64,000 nt of DNA from Chrysomallon squamiferum (taxonomy: Eukaryota > Animalia > Mollusca), in NCBI GenBank assembly GCA_012295275.1, contig CM022666.1:9486001-9550000 (forward strand), given 5' to 3'. This document shows positions 27,705-54,714 of this stretch, piece after piece. Numbering within the stretch: position 1 is the stretch's first letter; every line of letters begins with the position of its first letter. The notes below the pieces were generated by a model that was given only the letters and a program-made list of their open reading frames with translations, did no database searches and was not told where the DNA came from. The translations under genes were made by a program, and so were the position numbers.

Positions 27705-30700
27705 TCATTTGTCGCCGTTTTCTCTCAAGTAGTCAAAAGCAGAGTAGTCTACTCGAGTTCTCAACGCTTCACACGTCGTGCAGCCGCAGTTGTCAATTCG
27801 CCAGTACACCGCCGCCCTGACCGCGTCCCCGTTCACCTGCGGGTACAGCTGAACCTACGTAACAAAACACGTCATTGTTACAACAGCGCCACAGAAACCT
27901 CACTCAGTATTTTGATTATCCATATTTATCATCATCATCATCATCATCATCATAATTATTATGAGACAGCCGTAATGATATAGATAGACAGACAGACAGA
28001 CAGACAGAAAGAGAGAGACCGACACGGAGAGATGACAGACTGATTTACAGACAGATAGCTCCACCAAGAGAAAGAGAGAATCATGAAAATACAGAGCGCT
28101 CAGTAATGTCACGTGATAGTAAATATCAGTGTATGAAAGTTTATATTAGTAAACGTGTATTTCTAATCATTATCGTTTGTATGTACAACTCTAAGAATAA
28201 TTCCGCTGTTTATAACGGCGTCAGTTTTATTCTTTGAAAGTTATCGTTAGGAAAAACACGTTTTTGAAAAAAAAAATTCTTTCGTATTAGTAAACTAGAA
28301 AAGTCAAGCGTTATTAACTTCAGGTAAGTTAAAAAGAGAAGAAAAAAAAAAGAAAAAAAGAGGAAAAGTTATTAAAAGTTTATTTTTTATCAGATGTTGA
28401 CAGACTGTTGGAACATTTTCATGGCCTACTTGCTTATCTTTCAAAAATAAATAATATTTGTACTGAAGCTTATGTGTTTGTTATTATTATTATTATAGAA
28501 GAAAAAAGAACCAGGATATAGTAATTTTTAAATAAAAATACACTAATCACCATTGTTTGAAAACCAGTTTTAAAATCATGAGGGGGAATCTTAGAAGTTC
28601 ATTTTCTCAATTTCTTCGAATGAGAGGGGTCTACACCCCACCCTCTGCTCGATGACTGTTTAACAAAGTTAGTAATAACTGAACTTAGAGACTCCATCTC
28701 AGGTTCTACGCAATAATCTTTTCTTTTTTTTCATATTTTTTATTTTATTTTATTTTATTATTCATTTATTTATTTATTTATTTAGCTTACAGTTAAATAC
28801 GGTTCTATTGAGAATTTGCATGTTTACCTTTTGGTGACCTTAACATATCACATTTCTATGTCTGTAATCACTTTATCTAATTTTTTCTAAAAGCCAACAT
28901 TTAAAACGTAAACATAACTATGAAATATCAAAACATATCCAGATTTAACTATAAGTTACTGAATATAAGCTAACATTCTGAAAGGAATTCTGTGAATTTC
29001 ACTTCATTTATAACATAATATTATGTCATTTAGTGCTTGACAAATAGGCTATCTATATTTTTCCATAAATTTAGAATTCATTACATTTAAATCTAGTTCT
29101 GCATCTGTAAATTATCTCTGACCGGTCACATCAAATGAGGTATTAAATCAAAATAATGATATTCACAGTTAGCTTATTGTTTTAAGTTTTTTAATTTTTA
29201 ATTTTTTTATATATTTCTTTCTTTTTTTTTAGGACAAATAAACAAAGAAAGAAAGCAAGAATGAAAGAAAGAAAAGAAAAAGGCTACATCACAAAATGTA
29301 TCTAATGATTCCAATAGAAAAACAAAATGATGAATTTATACAATTAAAAATATTTTTGTATTATCATTCTAAAACCCAGGTACAATGATATCGGCCCGGG
29401 AAGTCGACAAATCTATTTTGTTTATTACCGGGACGTAGAATAATAAAAGTCCCTGGACGTAGACATTTCTAATTGTTTGTTAGTTTGTGGACAGCATGCT
29501 CCAGATGGGAGACCAGATAGAGCACAGTCATATGGCGGTGCCATTTATTAAGCATGCTGATGCGTCTAAGGCAAAAGTCATGGACCGAGCTAAAAATGGA
29601 CATAACGCCAATTCCTAAGATTTACGCCGATGAGATTTCCAATCTCAGGAAAAACCATGAATAGTTAGCCGACATTCCACATTTTAGTGCCATTAAGACG
29701 ATACTATTCCGACAGCGACACAAAACCCTACTCCGACTACCCCAGACAAGACAGGATATCAATTTAGAAGGAGAGAAGACCCGAGGGAGGAGATCCTTTT
29801 CTACACAGTTGAAGGAGGAGACCTAATACTGATCTTCACAACTGACAAGAATTTGGAGTTGTTGTGTGACGCTGATGTTGTATTATCATATGGAACATTT
29901 ATTCTTTTATTTGTTTATCAGTACTGTAATACCCATAACGTAACCAGCGATATGAATTCGGATTAACCTCGATCGGTAGAGCCTTTCTAGTGGGATACTT
30001 GACACATAAGTTCGAACCTTCTTAGTGGACCTATTGGTGTGGGTTTTTTTGTTGTGTGTGTGTGTGTGTGTACCTATTACACAACTGTTTGTGTTTTTTA
30101 ACTATTCTTGTCTGTCTTGTGTTTATAGGATCATCACTGGTACATTTCAGCTTGTCCCGTTAAGTAGACATAATTTTAAGATCATTTATACAAGTTGTCG
30201 ACTTCGCAGGCCATAACCGGTACAACTAACAATATTATGGCCACGACTGAACATTCTAAACTAGTTTTAACAGTAGTGAGTCTTATGTAACAATGTTGTT
30301 ACTAACACAGTCAATTAAAACAATCCTGTGCAGTAAACGTCAACGCTCTGGTTACTGCACGAAAACCTTTCAAAAAATAGTTTGATCTTGGTTGCTTAAA
30401 AAGGTCACGTGGTGTGTTTACGAGTTAGTTTTAATGCAGAAAAACATGCGCGATAAAAATAAAACCTTTAAAGATCTTACCGCCATTATTTGTATTTCAA
30501 TAACGTTGGTTGTAAATCTCTTTGTTACTTGACATGTAAACAGAGGAGAGCGTAAAGTGGACTTAGATACCGATCAGTCTATGGTTTATACTTGCTTATA
30601 TGTGAGTTTGTTTGTGTCTGTTTTGTTTTTGTTGTTGATGTTGTTTGTTTGTTTTTCCTGTTGTGTAAATATTGTACTGTATAAAAGAGAATGAAAACCA

Positions 30701-32488
30701 AATTATATTTTATCAAGAAAAACAGAGTGGCAGTCGTCCTATTGTCGATTCATAAACTATTTATCTAAAACACACACACACACACACACACACAAATAAC
30801 AGAATAATACAACACTATAATATCATTACTGGTTTGTTATTTATCTCCTGCATGGTTCTGAAATAACGTAGACTCGATGCAGAATATTCAGTAAAACTGA
30901 AAAATTAACTCCTACCAAACTATTACTAAAATTTACCTTAATTCGTTTTTATCACGAATAAACTTGTACAGTACGTAATATGACCGTTATACTTTAGTAT
31001 TAGTATCATTAAGTGTGTTTTCTTTTCACTAACTAATAAAACATATTACAGCATCTTGGTCTGATCAGTCGAAAACAAAGTAAACAAATATTCAAATACA
31101 AATTACTGTTTATATTATAACTGATACGTATAGAGCCAAATTATAATCGCTTTTATTAATATGGAATTTTAATTAACTAATTTCATTAAAAACATTTCTA
31201 GAACTAAATGGTAGCACCCACTAGTGTTGAACACAAAATAATAAAAAAAAAATACATTTAAGACAAAGGTAAAAACAGAAAGTATTTGTAAATTTACCTA
31301 GATATAGATAAAGATATAGACAGACAGACAGAGAGACAGATAGATAGATAGATAGATAGACATAAACAGACAGGTATATATATATACATACAGATATAGA
31401 GATAGTTATATATATAAAAATATCGGTATAAATATAAATAGATAGAGATGTCGATATATATAAAATAAATAAATAAATAAATAAAGATGCCTTTATCTTC
31501 CTTTTCAGATATGAAATTTAGAACTCAAAACCTTACCGAATAGTTACTAAACATACCACGGTATGACCACTGAAAATGAAAACTAATCTATATATGTACT
31601 TAAATTAAAATTACTGTACTAAAATACTACTGCTGTGTCCTGAAATAGAGGACTTCATGTCTACTTGAACAGAACATGAATGTCTACTGAAATAGAGGAC
31701 TGCATGTCTACTTGAACAGAACATGAATGTCTACTGAAATAGAGGACTGCATGTCTACTTGAACAGAACACGAATGTCTACTGAAATAGAGGACCACATG
31801 TCTACTTGAACAGAATATGAATATCTATTGTAATAGAGGAATATATCTCTTGTGGAATAAAATATGAATGTGTACTGAAATGTATGTATGTTATGTATTT
31901 ACTAGAATATAGCACTTTTCATATCATTAATTAAATACAATTATTTACTGCATACCTACTGGAATATAATATTTATTGTGTGTCTACTTAAATACTTGGT
32001 ATAATACTTACTCTAAGTCTACTGATATAGTATATCCACGGAAAATTAATACAGTACTCCAAAAAATACTTTGTATCTAGTGAAATGTAATACTACTGGA
32101 ATGTTTTATTTACCCTCTTCTGGAATAAAAGCATTTCTGTATGTCTTATGAAATATAATATTTGCAATGTGTCTACTTAAATATTCTCGCTGTATGTCTA
32201 CTGAAATGTACTCACTGTATGCCTACTGGAGTTTAATACTTTGCAGCAGCACGTGTCCAGGTATTCTTTGACATAAGCTGATGACGTCTGCAGGTTTCCC
32301 ACAAACACGATGTTAGGCTCAATGGTCGCGTGCAGGTCTTCCCGGCAGGCATTTGTGTGCACTATTGCTGTGCGGTAGTTAGGCACCTGAATAAACATTT
32401 CTTTGTCGACCTTGACACACGATGACCTTCCCTTCGAGGTTAGAAAGGTCAGCATGATGACGAAATGAAGTACCACATGACGATACAT
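27705..32488 (-). CDS. Secreted cystine-knot protein, divergent glycoprotein-hormone (GPA2)/bursicon-like, 140 aa, 2 coding exons
   Basis: Exon 32488-32216 (donor GTGAGT) joins exon 27854-27705 (acceptor TAG) in phase 0: MYRHVVLHFVIMLTFLTSKGRSS-CVKVDKEMFIQVPNYRTAIVHTNACREDLHATIEPNIVFVGNLQTSSAYVKEYLDTCCCKVLNSSRHT|VQLYPQVNGDAVRAAVYWRIDNCGCTTCEALRTRVDYSAFDYLRENGDK*. It has a hydrophobic signal peptide, TNAC, CC and a terminal CxCxxC with GPA2/bursicon-like spacing. Confidence 0.82.
29380..30223 (+). mobile_element. Internally deleted, decayed Mutator (MULE) DNA transposon in the cystine-knot gene intron
   Basis: Inverted repeat ggcccgggaagtcgacaa (29393-29410) / ttgtcgacttcgcaggcc (30195-30212), 16 of 18 matching. 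Frameshifted transposase remnant ~29570-29903: PIPKIYADEI..IPHFSAIKTILFRQRHK..RLPQTRQDI..LILIFTTDKNLELLCDADVVLSYGTF (MULE DGTF motif with D>Y). Confidence 0.8.
29958..30045 (+). mobile_element. tRNA-derived SINE head remnant
   Basis: A-box-like taacctcgatcggtagagc and B-box gttcgaacc, followed by agtggacctattgg. No intact cloverleaf. Confidence 0.45.
31640..31880. repeat. Minisatellite, ~47 bp unit (ctactgaaatagaggactgcatgtctacttgaacagaacatgaatgt), with degenerate extension to ~32205
   Basis: Tandem copies seen directly. Confidence 0.9.
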
Positions 32489-33777
32489 GTTGCTGGAGAA
32501 AGTACAGTGAAATAACAATAATAAAAGACAATGCAACAATACAATATAGTGAAAAAAAGAATTCAGTATAATATGTACAATACAATACAATACATTGTAT
32601 TGTAATTTAATGTAACAATGCATTACGATATAATATAATATCTTTGAGTGCTGTGTGTGCATTTATGTGTACATTTAGATATACATATATATCATTGCAT
32701 CAAGGTGCCTGTGTTTTAATATTTGTCTGTATTTATGTTTGTATACTTGTGTGTGCATATTTATGTGTTTATAGATTTATTTGTATTTATATTATGTGTT
32801 TGATTTTGTGTGTGTATTTAAGTATTTGTTTATGTGTCTTTTGAATGTTTGTGCATGCGTGTGTACATGTGAGTGTTAGTTTGTAGAAAAATAATAATTA
32901 AAAAGGGTACTGATAACCAAATTACTAAGTTTAAATAAACTATTTAAATAAAAACTGGAACTTAATTAAAAATTAATAAAATGTTACCACATTTTCTATA
33001 AAACTGACTTCATTTAAAATTTAATTATATCCTAATTCTAATTTTATACAATTAATACTAATTAAGATTCATTTATCTAACGTCAGATTTTCAATACATT
33101 TTTAATACCGATAAAATTGATCACATTCTACATAATATATTAATACATTGTGTGAAATACAAAATTAATTTTTTTGTAATTACGTCAATAGCATTGACAC
33201 TAATTAATTCAACAAAATATCAAGAAGATTAAAATGTCCAGATTATATTTTAATTAATTAATAAATAATAATAATAATAATAATAATAAGAAGAAGAAGA
33301 AGAAGAAATAAATAAATAAATAAAAAAATCGTAATTTTGATAAACAAAAGTATTTTCAGTGGTAGTAAATTGAAAGTTAAAAAGCGGTATTAACTGGGAC
33401 ACTATTGTTATTGTTCAAGTCTAATGTTAGTTTACTACAAAGCAAATAAAAAAGAATTAATACTATTTAAAAGCAATAATAATCAATATTTTTAAAATGT
33501 AATATTAATTAATTAGTGTTTAAAAAATTATACTAATTAGAACTGTTTATTAGTTCATATTAATTGATAATGTTAAAATAATAATAATTCTGCTTTGAAA
33601 CTAATACTTGTTAAAACGGATATTAATCAAATCATAATTATTTTTTTATTATTAATTCTAAAACAAAAAAAACAAAGCTCTGCTTGCGAATGAAACTAAA
33701 TGTTAACTAAATCTAATTTATAATATTTAAAACTTAAAATATTTAAAACAAATATTAATTAACAAGTATTAGTAAAC

Positions 33778-33850
33778 ACTTACGAAAACGTCGCAGATGT
33801 TGCTGTAGTAGCTGCAGTTAGTGTATTGACGACGTGTTTTGATTTTTATA
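33778..33850 (-). promoter_or_regulatory. TATA box and short non-coding first exon of the cystine-knot gene
   Basis: On the minus strand: TATAAAAA at 33850-33843, TCAATAC about 15-20 nt downstream, and a GTAAGT donor at 33783-33778. A matching acceptor (tttctccag) lies 4 nt before the ATG at 32488. Confidence 0.6.
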
Positions 33851-34320
33851 GACGCCGTAGTGTTGTGTGTATCTTCTGACATCCAACCCCTCTATCTCCA
33901 GTCACCTTCTCGAATGTCAGCGTGTGGGGGTGTTACCATTAAAATCTCTTTTAAAATCTTTCACATGTCCGTCACAGGTGACAGGTGCAAAAATAAACAT
34001 TACTTCTAGTAACCATCACCTGCTTTTTACACTTTGTCATTAGTGAAAATGCCTGACCCGTTATTGATTTTCAGTTATTATTACATTTTTTTTCTTTTCC
34101 TACACAGAAACAGAGTCAGTTTCATTTTATTCCGAGTACCTGAATTACCCGTAAAGGTGAGGACAGGTGAGTGAAAGCTTTTTCCAAGACATATATTAAT
34201 GCTAGTCTGTCATTCTGTTATTATTAATTTTTTGTGTATTTTATTTTTGTAATAAAACTAAATTTGTCACGATTTCATACCTTAATTAGCCACAGACTAA
34301 TGTAGATACAGACAGACAGA

Positions 34321-34457
<137 letters not shown>

Positions 34458-35465
34458 CCTCTCCCTCCGTCCCTGCCTTTATATTTCATTACCTTTCTAT
34501 ATTCATTATCTCTCTTCGCATAAAGCCATCCAATCGACTGTGTATGCATTTATTTTTTTATATTTTTTTTATATTTGTATACATATACATGTGTGTATGT
34601 ATGTATCCATTGTTTTTTCTCTCTCTGTATATGTATATGTGTGTGAATGTGTGTGTATAGAGAGACAGACAGACAGACATACAGTCAGGCAGATGGACAG
34701 ACAGAGAGATAGGCTGCTGCTATAATATCATACATATTAATTAAAACAAACATTATTCTGATTGTGGATTAAAGGGTGTATCAATTTACTAATTTTAAAA
34801 TGAAATGTACACTTATGTTATTTTCGTTACATCGGTTCTTGAGGTTTGCCTGCAAAGGAAACCACTGAATGGCAGAATTATAAATTAAAAATATTTAACG
34901 TTAAAACACAATAATTCGGAGGTTATTTTTGTTGAAAAAAACAGAACTGTGGGAAGGGTGAGTATTTCGAGTCAGTTTAGAAACAACGGTGTCCATACCA
35001 GATTATTAAATCTTCATCTTTACAACAATCAACACAGAGATTTCAGCGGAATTGAATATTTACACGAATTTTTAGTTTCTCTGCTGCGATAATGAATCTG
35101 GAGATACGGTGATATTCAGCTGTTTCATCCCCACTCCTAAAGAAAGATGATTATACAGGAATCAAATTCGTTTTATTCTGGATATTTTTCTGAAAACACG
35201 ACCTGCTTGACCTTTTGTAATTTCACTGTTCTGTAGAGTTTTAGATACGTTAATAACAACGTTTGAAATTTAGTTTTTATTTTCAATGGTTTCTTGTAAA
35301 GATGGACTCTTTGTTCTTAACAGGGTTTTATAAACCAACGACAACAAAGTCTTATCATGTTATATTTTATTGTTATTTTTGTTTTTGAGTATTTATTTAT
35401 TTGTTAAATCATGTTATATTTATATCTTTCTTTGTTTGGTCTTGAGAGAGAGAGAGACACACACA

Positions 35466-35590
<125 letters not shown>

Positions 35591-35669
35591 GAGCTTTAAT
35601 AGAATGAGGTAGAAAAGGTAACTATTTATTTATTTATTTATTTATTTATTTTCTCGTTCTGTTTCAGTT

Positions 35670-35745
<76 letters not shown>

Positions 35746-36296
35746 CAGAATACTTTTTCTTTCGGATAGTTCATGAATGATCTTTTTCACATCAAAAAGA
35801 CGACTCACGGATCATTAGCAACGTCATTATAATTTCAACAAAAACTTGTAACCGACTAATAGTAATTTGCATTAATATCTGAACATCGATATAAATTTTT
35901 TTATTATTATTATTTTTTAATTCGACATCTTTAGTGCAAATTATTCTAAATTCTGAGTACTGCACAGACTAGTCAGGAAAGAAAGCAGTCGAGTGGACAT
36001 AGTAACACTTCACGTGAATCAGTGGACCCCGAGGCACGACTACTGTGATGCATCGTCCGGTTTCAAACTCGATTTCAACCTCGATTTCAAACTTACAACA
36101 TGTTGTTTTAATTGTAAATAACACAAAAAAAATATATATATATATTTTTTTTCCATATATTTTATTTCAGTGTTTGAAATACGCAAAAATATAGAACAGT
36201 ATGAAAACTAATCCTGTAGATGAACAAACTCTAAAATTATTATTTTAACATTTCATGTACGATATTTAAAACTTGAAAAAAAATTTAAGAGAATGC

Positions 36297-36339
<43 letters not shown>

Positions 36340-36894
36340 TAACACAAAAAAGTTAATTAATCAAAAAAAGTCAGCAACATTGAAATGACTTATGTGTATA
36401 TACAATGTATTATCGTGCAGTTATATTAACGTATTAATTTATAATAACATAAAACGTGATGGAAATGAGGTTGGGGACCTAAATCTCTTTTACCGAATTT
36501 TTTTTTTTTTTTTTTTTTTAAATTATTTTTAATTTATTATTATTATTATTATTATTATTTTTTTTTTTTTGGCCAGTGGAAACATTTCTTAGTTACTTAA
36601 ATGTATTTATTTAATTTGATTTTGTTGTATTTTTACAAATGTGTTTAAGATAATTAAGCTTCATTAATTTCTCACATTTTGAAAGATACATTTATATAAG
36701 CTCCATTTCCACCACAAAGTAAAATGTTTTCTTATTAATATTTCTTACCTAATCTACTATAAACAAGCATTAATCTACCATTTACTTCCTTACTTTCTTA
36801 CAAGTCATAGCGTATTTCATTTTCAAACACCTGGTAATATGCACATACAGTTATAAAGAGAACATCTATTGTTATTATCATATACAGACTAATA

Positions 36895-37075
36895 ATATAG
36901 CCCAGGGTTTAGATCCCTTGCTTGATGTTTGATATGTCACTTCTCCTAAGTGTATTCATTCTGTTATATACCGTTCCAGCGACTGTTCTGTGACTATCAA
37001 AGCCCGTGTTAAGTGTTTATTTGTCCATGGGAAGATTAAAATAAAGGATCTCTTGCTGCTAAAAGAATGTAAGAA
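36895..37075 (+). mobile_element. Degenerate Meta/MESC-type SINE remnant
   Basis: cgttccagcgactg...atcaaagcccgtgttaagtgtttatttgtccatgggaagattaaaataaaggatctcttgctgctaa matches the recalled Meta-domain consensus (ATCAAAGGCCGTGGTATGTG...GGGA...ATAAAAGATCCCTTGCTGCTAA). Confidence 0.55.
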
Positions 37076-37431
37076 TTTTCCTGTAAAGTTTACAAACTTA
37101 AAACACGTTTTAAATGTTTTATATCTGATACGAAATTTGTTTTAAAAATCATGTAATAGCTTAGCAGACTAAACTAATTTTTTTCGGTTTCATCTTGTTG
37201 TCGTAATTATTTTTATTACTGTTATTTCTTTTTTCTTTGAAGTTTCTTTTCCTTTACTTATTCTTATTTTTATTTTTTTTCACAAAATGACTATAAATTC
37301 AGTGTTGTAGTGGGCGTCCTGGCGACACTTCACTGCCGTAGTTTCATTTTTCAGCAGGCTCATTTGGAATTATAAAATAGTTTTTGTTGTTGTTGTGTTA
37401 TTTATTTATTTTTATTTTATTATTTTTATTA

Positions 37432-37474
<43 letters not shown>

Positions 37475-37651
37475 CAAGTAAAATAATATTTTTCTCCCCT
37501 CAAAATATCTGTGGTTAGCGACTTCATTTATTCTACAAAAATATAATTATTAATATTCCCTTAATACAATTAGATCCACTTGGCAAGGGAGTTCTATTTT
37601 GATAGTTTTTAGAAATATCTAATGTTAAAATTACGACTCCGAACAAACAGA

Positions 37652-51488
<13,837 letters not shown>

Positions 51489-51538
51489 CTGTGAAATAAA
51501 TTAATAAAAAATAAAAATATATAAATAAATTAGTACTA

Positions 51539-51705
<167 letters not shown>

Positions 51706-51909
51706 ACAACCACATATACTAAAACATATATTTGCATATATGCATCTAAATATATACTTGTATGATTTTATTTGAAATTATTACGTCACAGACGTTACTT
51801 GTACTAACGCAAACAATAGACATCCACAAATTATGTATCACATGCTGATATCTGAATTACTGAACGACATTTGGTGAATGAATGCTATTTGTTCTTATGA
51901 AGTAGATTT

Positions 51910-51972
51910 ACACTTCCGGGTCAAGTGTAATAGTACTTCCGGATCTTAGCACAGCAGGTTTCCTTCCGGACT
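51910..51972 (-). promoter_or_regulatory. Cluster of three ETS-type CCGGAA(G) sites upstream of the first identified LRP exon
   Basis: On the plus strand, acttccgg (x2) and ccttccgg occur within ~60 bp of otherwise CpG-poor DNA. Confidence 0.4.
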
Positions 51973-51974
51973 TG

Positions 51975-52075
<101 letters not shown>

Positions 52076-52309
52076 GAAACGGAGAGGCAGAGAGAGAGAG
52101 AGTAAAGAGTTTAATTTTGAGATCTTTTCTGTATTGACAACTAGAACTTTGCGTTTTTGATGTTTTCAGAAAAAAAGTAAAAACAAAATACTGGAAAAAG
52201 AATAACTGCCTGTTACTTTCCTTGTTAGTAAAACTTCGTGAACAGAGATTTATTTGTACCATTTCATTGAATATCTACATATAATTAATCTCTTTCATAC
52301 CAAATAATC

Positions 52310-53715
52310 AGTTAGATTGTTTAAGCCTTCCAATAGTATAGTTTGAAAACTAAGATAGACATATTGAATTATCTACCACAGTTTCAACAAAGATATACAA
52401 TGGAACCTCGGGTTACGAACTTAATTCGTTCCAGAACTCGGTCCGTAAACCGAACTGTACGTAAACTGAAGCGATGTCAGATACACGAACCCCACTCTTG
52501 TGTTTTGCAGTTATTTCTTTCTTAACCTCTGCTGCGATACGTTCATACTTTCCACCAGCACTATCGCTTTCAATTTTTGTTTTGTTGGGCGCCATATTGG
52601 ATAGAGTATAACAAAAAATACACACATAAAAGCAGCAGCACTTTAAAAAATGCGAGCGCACAATCTCAATGTAAAAGCTATTGAGTTGCAACTAGGTATG
52701 GAAGACTAAAGGCCGTAATTCCTGATCTATATTTGCTATAGGGATGCCTACAATCCTTACTTTGACCTCGGTTTTGACGTTAACATCTAGTCTTATCTTT
52801 ACTACATGTTGACGTCAAAACCGACGTCAAAAGAAAGCTTGTCGTGGCGCGTTGCTCGGGATATTATTCGTAAACCGAGACAAAAACTGCAAAAGATCAC
52901 GGTTCGTAATCCGATGTGTTCGTGCCTCGAGGTGTTCGTAACCCGAGGTTCCACTGTATATTGAATTATCTACCACAGTTTCAAACCTTAAGACAGATAT
53001 TGAATTATCTACCACAGTTTCAAACCTTAAGACAGATATTGAATTATCTACCACACTTTCAACATCAAGACATATATTGAATTATCTACCACAGTTTCAA
53101 CATTAAGACAGATATTGAATTATCTACCATAGTTTCAACATTAAGACAGATATTGAATTATCTACCACAGTTTCAACATCAAGACATATATTGAATTATC
53201 TACGAAAGTTTCAACATTAGGATCGATATATGAATTATCTACCAAATGTTCAACGTTAAGACAGACATATTGAATTATCTACCACACTTTCAACATTAAG
53301 ACATATATTGAATTATCTAGGACACTTTCAACATTAAGACATATATTGAATTATCTACCACACTTTCAACATTAAGACAGATATTGAATTATCTACCACA
53401 CTTTCAACATTAAGACATATATTGAATTATCTACCACACTTTCAACATTAAGACATATATTGAATTATCTACCAAAGTTTCAACGTTAAGACAGATTTAT
53501 TGATTATCTATCAAAGTTCTATGTTAAGACGGATATCTTGAACTATCTACCAAAGTTTCATTGTTATGATAGACATATTGAATTATCTACCAAAGTTTTA
53601 ACGTTAAGACAGATATTTTTAATTATCTACCAAACTTTCAACGTTAAGACAGCTTTCTATGAATTATCTAAAAAATAAAATAGGTTAAAACAGATGTATT
53701 GAATTATCTACAAAA
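52310..53715. repeat. Minisatellite, ~38-40 bp unit (tattgaattatctaccacagtttcaacattaagacaga), interrupted by a MITE
   Basis: About 20 copies, present on both sides of the 52398-52956 insertion. Confidence 0.95.
52398..52956 (-). mobile_element. Tigger/pogo-derived non-autonomous element (559 bp) retaining the transposase N-terminus
   Basis: TA flanks. TIRs CAATGGAACCTCGGGTTACGAAC / GTTCGTAACCCGAGGTTCCACTG (22 of 23 matching). Minus-strand remnant from 52595: MAPNKTKIESDSAGGK..RIAAEVKKEITAKHKSGVRVSDIA, a CENP-B-type N-terminal HTH typical of Tigger transposases. Confidence 0.92.
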
Positions 53716-53726
53716 ATGTCAGATTA

Positions 53727-53757
<31 letters not shown>

Positions 53758-54714
53758 AAGACAGACATATGTCTAATGATGCCGACTAAAACCAGATACA
53801 TATAAAGAGATTTTATTTGCTACTGTCAAAATTAAGTAACATATTTGACATAGGTATCCACATTTGGAGTCAACCGATAAAACGGAAAAACTGTTTCAGT
53901 CATTAAGACGTTTTCAGACAGAGAAATCACTGGCTTGTGTCCTGGATGTTTTCTTTTTGTTGGAATGGGAAAACTGTAACAGTTTCATGATACAGTGATA
54001 CTCTAATAATATTAAAAGAGTTTAAGTAAGTAAAAAACCATTTCATTATCATCATAATCGTCATCATCATCATCATTATTATTCTTATTATTATTACTGT
54101 CATTACCGTTCTCATTATTATTATTTTATCATCATCATCAGGAAAAGGTGGGGTGGTGGGAAGGAAAGGAGAACAAAATGAAGCTAGACGTACAATACTA
54201 CCAGTAAACAAAAACAGTAATAATAATAAGCTGTAATATATGTTTGTATGTATATATATGGATGTATGTATATATGTGTGCATGTATATGTATGTATGTA
54301 TATATGTATGTATGTATGTGTATGTGTATATAATATATATATATTTTTTATATATGTATATATATATGTGTGTGTGTGTGTGTGTATGTATGTATGCATA
54401 CAGTTGTGTGTATGTGTGTTATGTGTCGCATAATAACGTTCAAATCAAAAAGTATTATTATTTTATACATACTATATTATAATAAAATAATTTTAATATG
54501 CCGTTACAGATGCAGTAAAAAATCACTTTGGAAAAAACATAATAATAATCACTTAATTAACCAACAATGTACTCACTAGCCGTAATATTCACAATGAATA
54601 AAAGCCACAAACTGAACGAAACCAACACCTTCGAAAAATCCATCATTATAAAATAATTTTAACAAATTTCACACACGAGTTTGGATTTGATGCATACGCA
54701 CTGCGCAACACACA

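Noticed and set aside
29958-30045. tRNA gene
   Set aside because: Only degenerate A/B boxes and no acceptor or anticodon stems. Treated as a SINE head.
33784-33882. ORF MSEDTHNTTASIK... as a coding first exon or uORF of the cystine-knot gene
   Set aside because: It splices out of frame with the hormone ORF, and its ATG lies upstream of the probable TATA box.
51780-51870. Minus-strand ATG-TGA-YIICGCLLFALVQVTS as an LRP signal-peptide exon rescued by A-to-I editing (TGA>TGG)
   Set aside because: Tempting, but no donor in that frame has the phase 1 needed to join exon 51488. Unsupported without cDNA.
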